Source: Cyanophora paradoxa CCMP329 (lineage: Eukaryota > Plantae > Glaucophyta). From it: a DNA stretch of 64,000 nt. The first letter of the stretch is position 1. Each line of letters opens with the position of its first letter. Below are positions 60,401-64,000 of the stretch, one piece after another. A program made the position numbers and the translations under genes. The stretch is taken from the NCBI GenBank assembly GCA_004431415.1, contig QPMI01000180.1, positions 124,001 to 188,000 on the forward strand, given 5' to 3'. Under the pieces are notes generated by a model, which was not told the DNA's origin, did no database searches, and worked only from the letters and a program-made list of their open reading frames with translations.

Positions 60401-62663
60401 AGCGCTGCTCGACGCAGCGCTCGAGGGCGGCCATGGCGTCGTCGAGGGCGGCGGCGATGGGGCCCGGGTCGGCCCCCGCGGCCTCCGCCTCCTCGAGGCC
60501 GCAGACGCGCACGGCGACCACCGAGGCCTCCCGGTAGCGCCGCACCGCCCCGCCCCCTCCTCCCCGCCCTGCAGCAGCGACTGCCCGCCCCGCCCCCGTC
60601 AGCCGGGGGCGGGGGCGGGGGCGGGGGCGGGGGCGGGGCGGACGCGGGCGAGGGGCGCGGGGAGGAGGGCGGCGGTGAGGTGCTCGGTGCGGCGGCGCTC
60701 GAGGGCGAGGAGCCGCTCGCTCTCCTTGCGCTTGGAGATGTCCCGCAGGACGCCCACGAGGACCTCGCGGCCCCCGATCGCCGCCCGCGCCACCCCGACC
60801 TCCACGGGGAAGACGTCCCCCGAGCGCCGCTTGGCCGAGACCTCCACGATGTCCCGGAAGCGGCGCGCCCCCGTGCGGATGAAGCGCTCCACGAGGCGGT
60901 CGTGGATCTCGTTGAAGGGCGGCGGCATGAGCAGCGCGAGGGGCTTGCCGGCGATCTCGGCGGCGGTCCAGCCGAACATGGCCTCGGCGCAGCCGTCGAA
61001 GACGACGACGCGCGACTCGCCGTCGATGGCGATGACGGCGTCGCGCGTGAGCGAGAGGTACGCCCGCCCGCGCTCCTCCGCCTCCCGCCCCGGCCCCGCC
61101 TCCGCCAGCGTGTACGTCACCTCCCCCCGCCCGCCCGCGCCCCGGCCCCGCCGCCAGCTCACGCTCACCGCCACCCCGCTCCCGTCCGCCCGAACCGCCT
61201 GCCCCCGCCCCGCGTCGGCGTCGGCCGCCCCGCGGGGCCGGGCGGGGGCGGGGCCGGGTGCGGGCGGACCTGGGTGGTGCGGGTCTGGCCCTCCTCGCCG
61301 TCGAGGGGCGCGGGGCCGAGCTCGCCCGCATCCTGCTGCCCCGACCTGCGCCCCGCCGCCTCGGTCGGGCGCGGCGAGGCCGGGTGCGGGGGCGGCCGGC
61401 GGCACCCGCGGCGGCGCTGGAGGCGCGGCAGCACGGCGGCGAAGTGCTGCCCGACGATCTCCGACGCTGCGCGGCCAGCTCGCCCCAGGCCCCGGCGGGC
61501 GGGGCCCGAGGCGGGCGGGGCGGGGCGCACCGGGCCAGCCGAGCAGGCGCTCGGCGGCTTCGCTCCAGTGGACGACGCTACCGTGCTCGTCTGCGGCCGC
61601 CGTCAGCGGCCCCGGCGGCCCCGGCTGGCGGCCCCGGGGAGGGCGGACGGCGCACCGCAGACGACCGCCGCCTCGCGGGTGGCGAGCTGCAACGAGCGCG
61701 CGCTCTCCTCGCTCTCCTCCGCCAGCCGCCGCGCCGCCTGCAGCTCGCTCTTGTAGCTGCCGCGCCCCGTCAGCCCCGCCGGCAGCCGACGCCCCCGGCC
61801 CGCCCGCGCACCTTGTCTCCACCGCGGCCGCAGCGGCACACAGCGTTCCCGTTGCAGCTTTGCCCTGCAGGGCTGCGCTCGCAGGCAAGGAGCAGAGGCG
61901 GTCCGGGGGTGCCGCACCCGAGCGCAGGAGCGGGCGCCACAGGGCGCGGCGGCGGCCAGGAGATCTCCGGCGATCATATAAAGCACGAGGGCATCGGCCG
62001 CGAGCACGACGGCGGCCAGCAGCACCATTCCGGAGCTGAGCCCTCCTCGCTCCGCAAGCGTCCGCAGGATCGCAAGCTGCGTGGCCACAAACACCGCTGC
62101 GCCGCGGGCTTCAGCGCCGACCGGAATTTCGAAGGGTCAAAGTTCGCAGAAGAAAGAGACTCACAGAGAACCGCGGCGGATCGTGCCGATATTCGCGGGG
62201 CGGGCGGAGAGTCGAACTTCACATCAACCTCCGGCCAGCTAAGCTTCCGGGGCGTTGGATGGATGATATGCGGGTTTGTTGCCGGTGACCTTGCCGCGGC
62301 TGGTGCGATCCGCTCCGCGGGTGCGACCGCGGCCTTCGACTCCGAGCTTTGCCGAACAATGAGAGGGGGACTCGGAGTCCTGAAGGCGTGGTTATTTCTC
62401 GGTTTCAAGGTGCTAGTATGTCCTGAAGAGTCGATTGAGCGCCTCCGGACTGTCGACCGTGCGTGGCCGAGCTTACTGGTTGGAACCGCGCTTCCGGCCG
62501 GTTCGTTGCAGTCGGCGTCGCTTACGGTGATTGATGGCGAGCTGTGCTCGTGCTGCCGGTGCTGGCCATTCATAACTTTGAGGCTGCGGCTGTCGGTTTG
62601 GCTCGGTCGGGGCTCGGCCGGACTGGCCGGATCGACGATAATGGGCCGGAATCCCGACACCAT
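57419..62663 (-). CDS. Membrane protein with 2 TM, PAS, FixL-like PAS, degenerate class III nucleotidyl cyclase and class I cyclic-nucleotide phosphodiesterase
   Basis: PAS ADEHGSVVHWSEAAERLLGW; PAS DAVIAID..CAEAMFGWTAAEIAGKPLALLMPPPFNEIHDRLVERFIRTG; cyclase fold LRVGIHTGPCLAG..FEAWGEGVEGARRME; PDE PFHGFQHALDV, AALCHDLSHPGTTN, LEKMH, LATD, IKCADLSN, EFLRQG. Confidence 0.85.
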
Positions 62664-62973
62664 TTCCGCTCTCAATCAAGGCGCATGCATCCCCTCTGGA
62701 AGCCGCCCGTCGGTCGGCTTGTCGATTTGTTGTACTCGGGCAAGTCGTTGCCCCTAGCCCTGTTTTTTGTTTTTTTGTTTGGCTGGTGCAGCAGGCGTAG
62801 GGCCTTGGCCTCGCGCAGCCTTGTAGAATGAGTCGGCCTTGGGACATCCAGCGCACTCTTTAGCTAAAGGCGGCTGCCAGGCTTGCTAAGCCAGGGTGAG
62901 CAGGCTCTAGCTAACGGCGGCTGGCCAGGGCGGCTCAGCTGCCCAGCAACCGGCCTTAAGTAAAGCAAGAGAA

Positions 62974-64000
62974 ATGGCATCGATAGCTACAATCCAGGAG
63001 CACGACGTGCTCGAAATCGCTGAGCGGCCCGTGAGAACTAAACGAGCCCTCTCGATGCGAGCCGCGGCTGCATCCGCAGCGGCATCGATTTCCGCGGCAC
63101 CGCTACCCTCAACAGCGGAAGTCCCGCCGGCCGAGGAGCCGGCTCAGCCAGCCCCTCCTTTGGACACGGAGCGCCTTCTCGTGCGGCGGCACTCGCTGCC
63201 CGCGACAGGCCCGGCGACGGAGGAGACCGACCTGATCTGGTCCCTGCGAGTCCAGTTCAATGCGCCACACCCTCCGGATCCCGAGACAGGACTTCCGAGA
63301 GATCGAGACGCGAACGCCGAGGAGTTCGACCCAGCGATCCACAGCGACGTGGCTCTGTGCCTGCGGTGCGTGGCCGGCGGTGCCCGTGTGGGGCGCGCGC
63401 TGACGGGGCGCGCCAGGGAGAGCATCCGGTTCGACCCGGAAGTGCGTGGCCTGCTGGCGCGCTTCTGGCGCCTCGCCGCCGGCCGGCGCCGCGAGATCGG
63501 CTTCGAGGAGTTCGCGCGGCTGGTGCGTGCCCCGCCGGGGGGCCTTTGGGGCGGGTGGCGAGCGGGGCGGCGGGGCGCAGCACGGGGCGCTCTACCGGGC
63601 CCTCACGGAGGCCTGGTCCGAGGCCGGCGCCGCCCGCGCCGCCGCCGACGACTGGGCCCTCGACTCGTGCGCCCTGCTCCGCTCCCCGCCTCGCCGCGCC
63701 GCGCGGGGCCGAGCGGGCGTGGCGCGGGGGCAGGATGGGGCGGGAGACGATGGGCCGCGAGCGCTTCTTCCGGTCGGTCTTCGAGGCGATCGACCTGTGG
63801 ACGACGCGCGTCTCGCGGGCGAGCCCCGCCGGCCCCGCGCCGCCCCCGCGGGGCGCCAGCGGGCTGAGGCGGGGGCGCAGGACATGTACGTGGAGTTCGT
63901 GCGGGCCCTCCTCGGCGCCATCTCCCGCCCCGGCGCCCCGCCCCGCTCCGACGCCCTCCTCCCCTCGACCGCGCGCACCCGCCGCGCCCGCCGCGCCGGC
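62974..64000 (+). CDS. Hypothetical protein (runs off the window), same unnamed domain as the duplicated genes
   Basis: IRFDPEVRGLLARFW..IGFEEFARL-HGALYRAL..AAADDWALD..MGRERFFRSVFEAIDLWT..YVEFVRALLGAI. Confidence 0.7.

Noticed and set aside
1-64000. Hundreds of long overlapping Arg/Pro/Gly/Ala-rich ORFs on all six frames
   Set aside because: Expected from stop-codon scarcity at this GC; real proteins appear as fragments across frames separated by introns
1-64000. tRNA, rRNA, snRNA genes or an alternative genetic code
   Set aside because: None recognised by eye; all three stops terminate genes normally; a covariance-model scan was not possible

Overview
Gene-dense (about 24 protein genes in 64 kb), extremely GC-rich eukaryotic nuclear DNA with many short (~50-130 nt) spliceosomal introns. 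Most long ORFs in the supplied track are GC-content artefacts, so genes were rebuilt by hand across introns and their boundaries are approximate. Recognisable genes: PPR-like protein, three F-box/LRR proteins, ARM-BTB protein, MUS81, PRELI protein, WDR55, prefoldin 5, REVEILLE-type SHAQKF MYB, B-type cyclin, PPPDE-like peptidase, BRCA2 with a near-identical BRC tandem array, mitochondrial carrier, HAD phosphatase, bacterial-type threonine aldolase, ARL13-like GTPase, a tandem gene duplication of an unnamed family, and a 2TM-PAS-heme PAS-pseudocyclase-phosphodiesterase fusion. Mobile DNA: a TA-flanked MITE and the 3' part of an Ngaro-type tyrosine-recombinase retrotransposon. Plant-like regulators plus a ciliary GTPase suggest a flagellated alga (a glaucophyte such as Cyanophora is a guess, not verified). 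Most unusual signals: (1) a short-insertion process making X-revcomp(X)-X motifs, visible by comparing the duplicated paralogs and pervading non-coding DNA; (2) a very high share of GC-AG introns with AG|GCCCGC donors, a C-rich 5' arm and a G-rich 3' arm; (3) the putative O2/calmodulin-integrating PDE carrying a dead cyclase. Single-base indels in G/C runs suggest long-read consensus errors.
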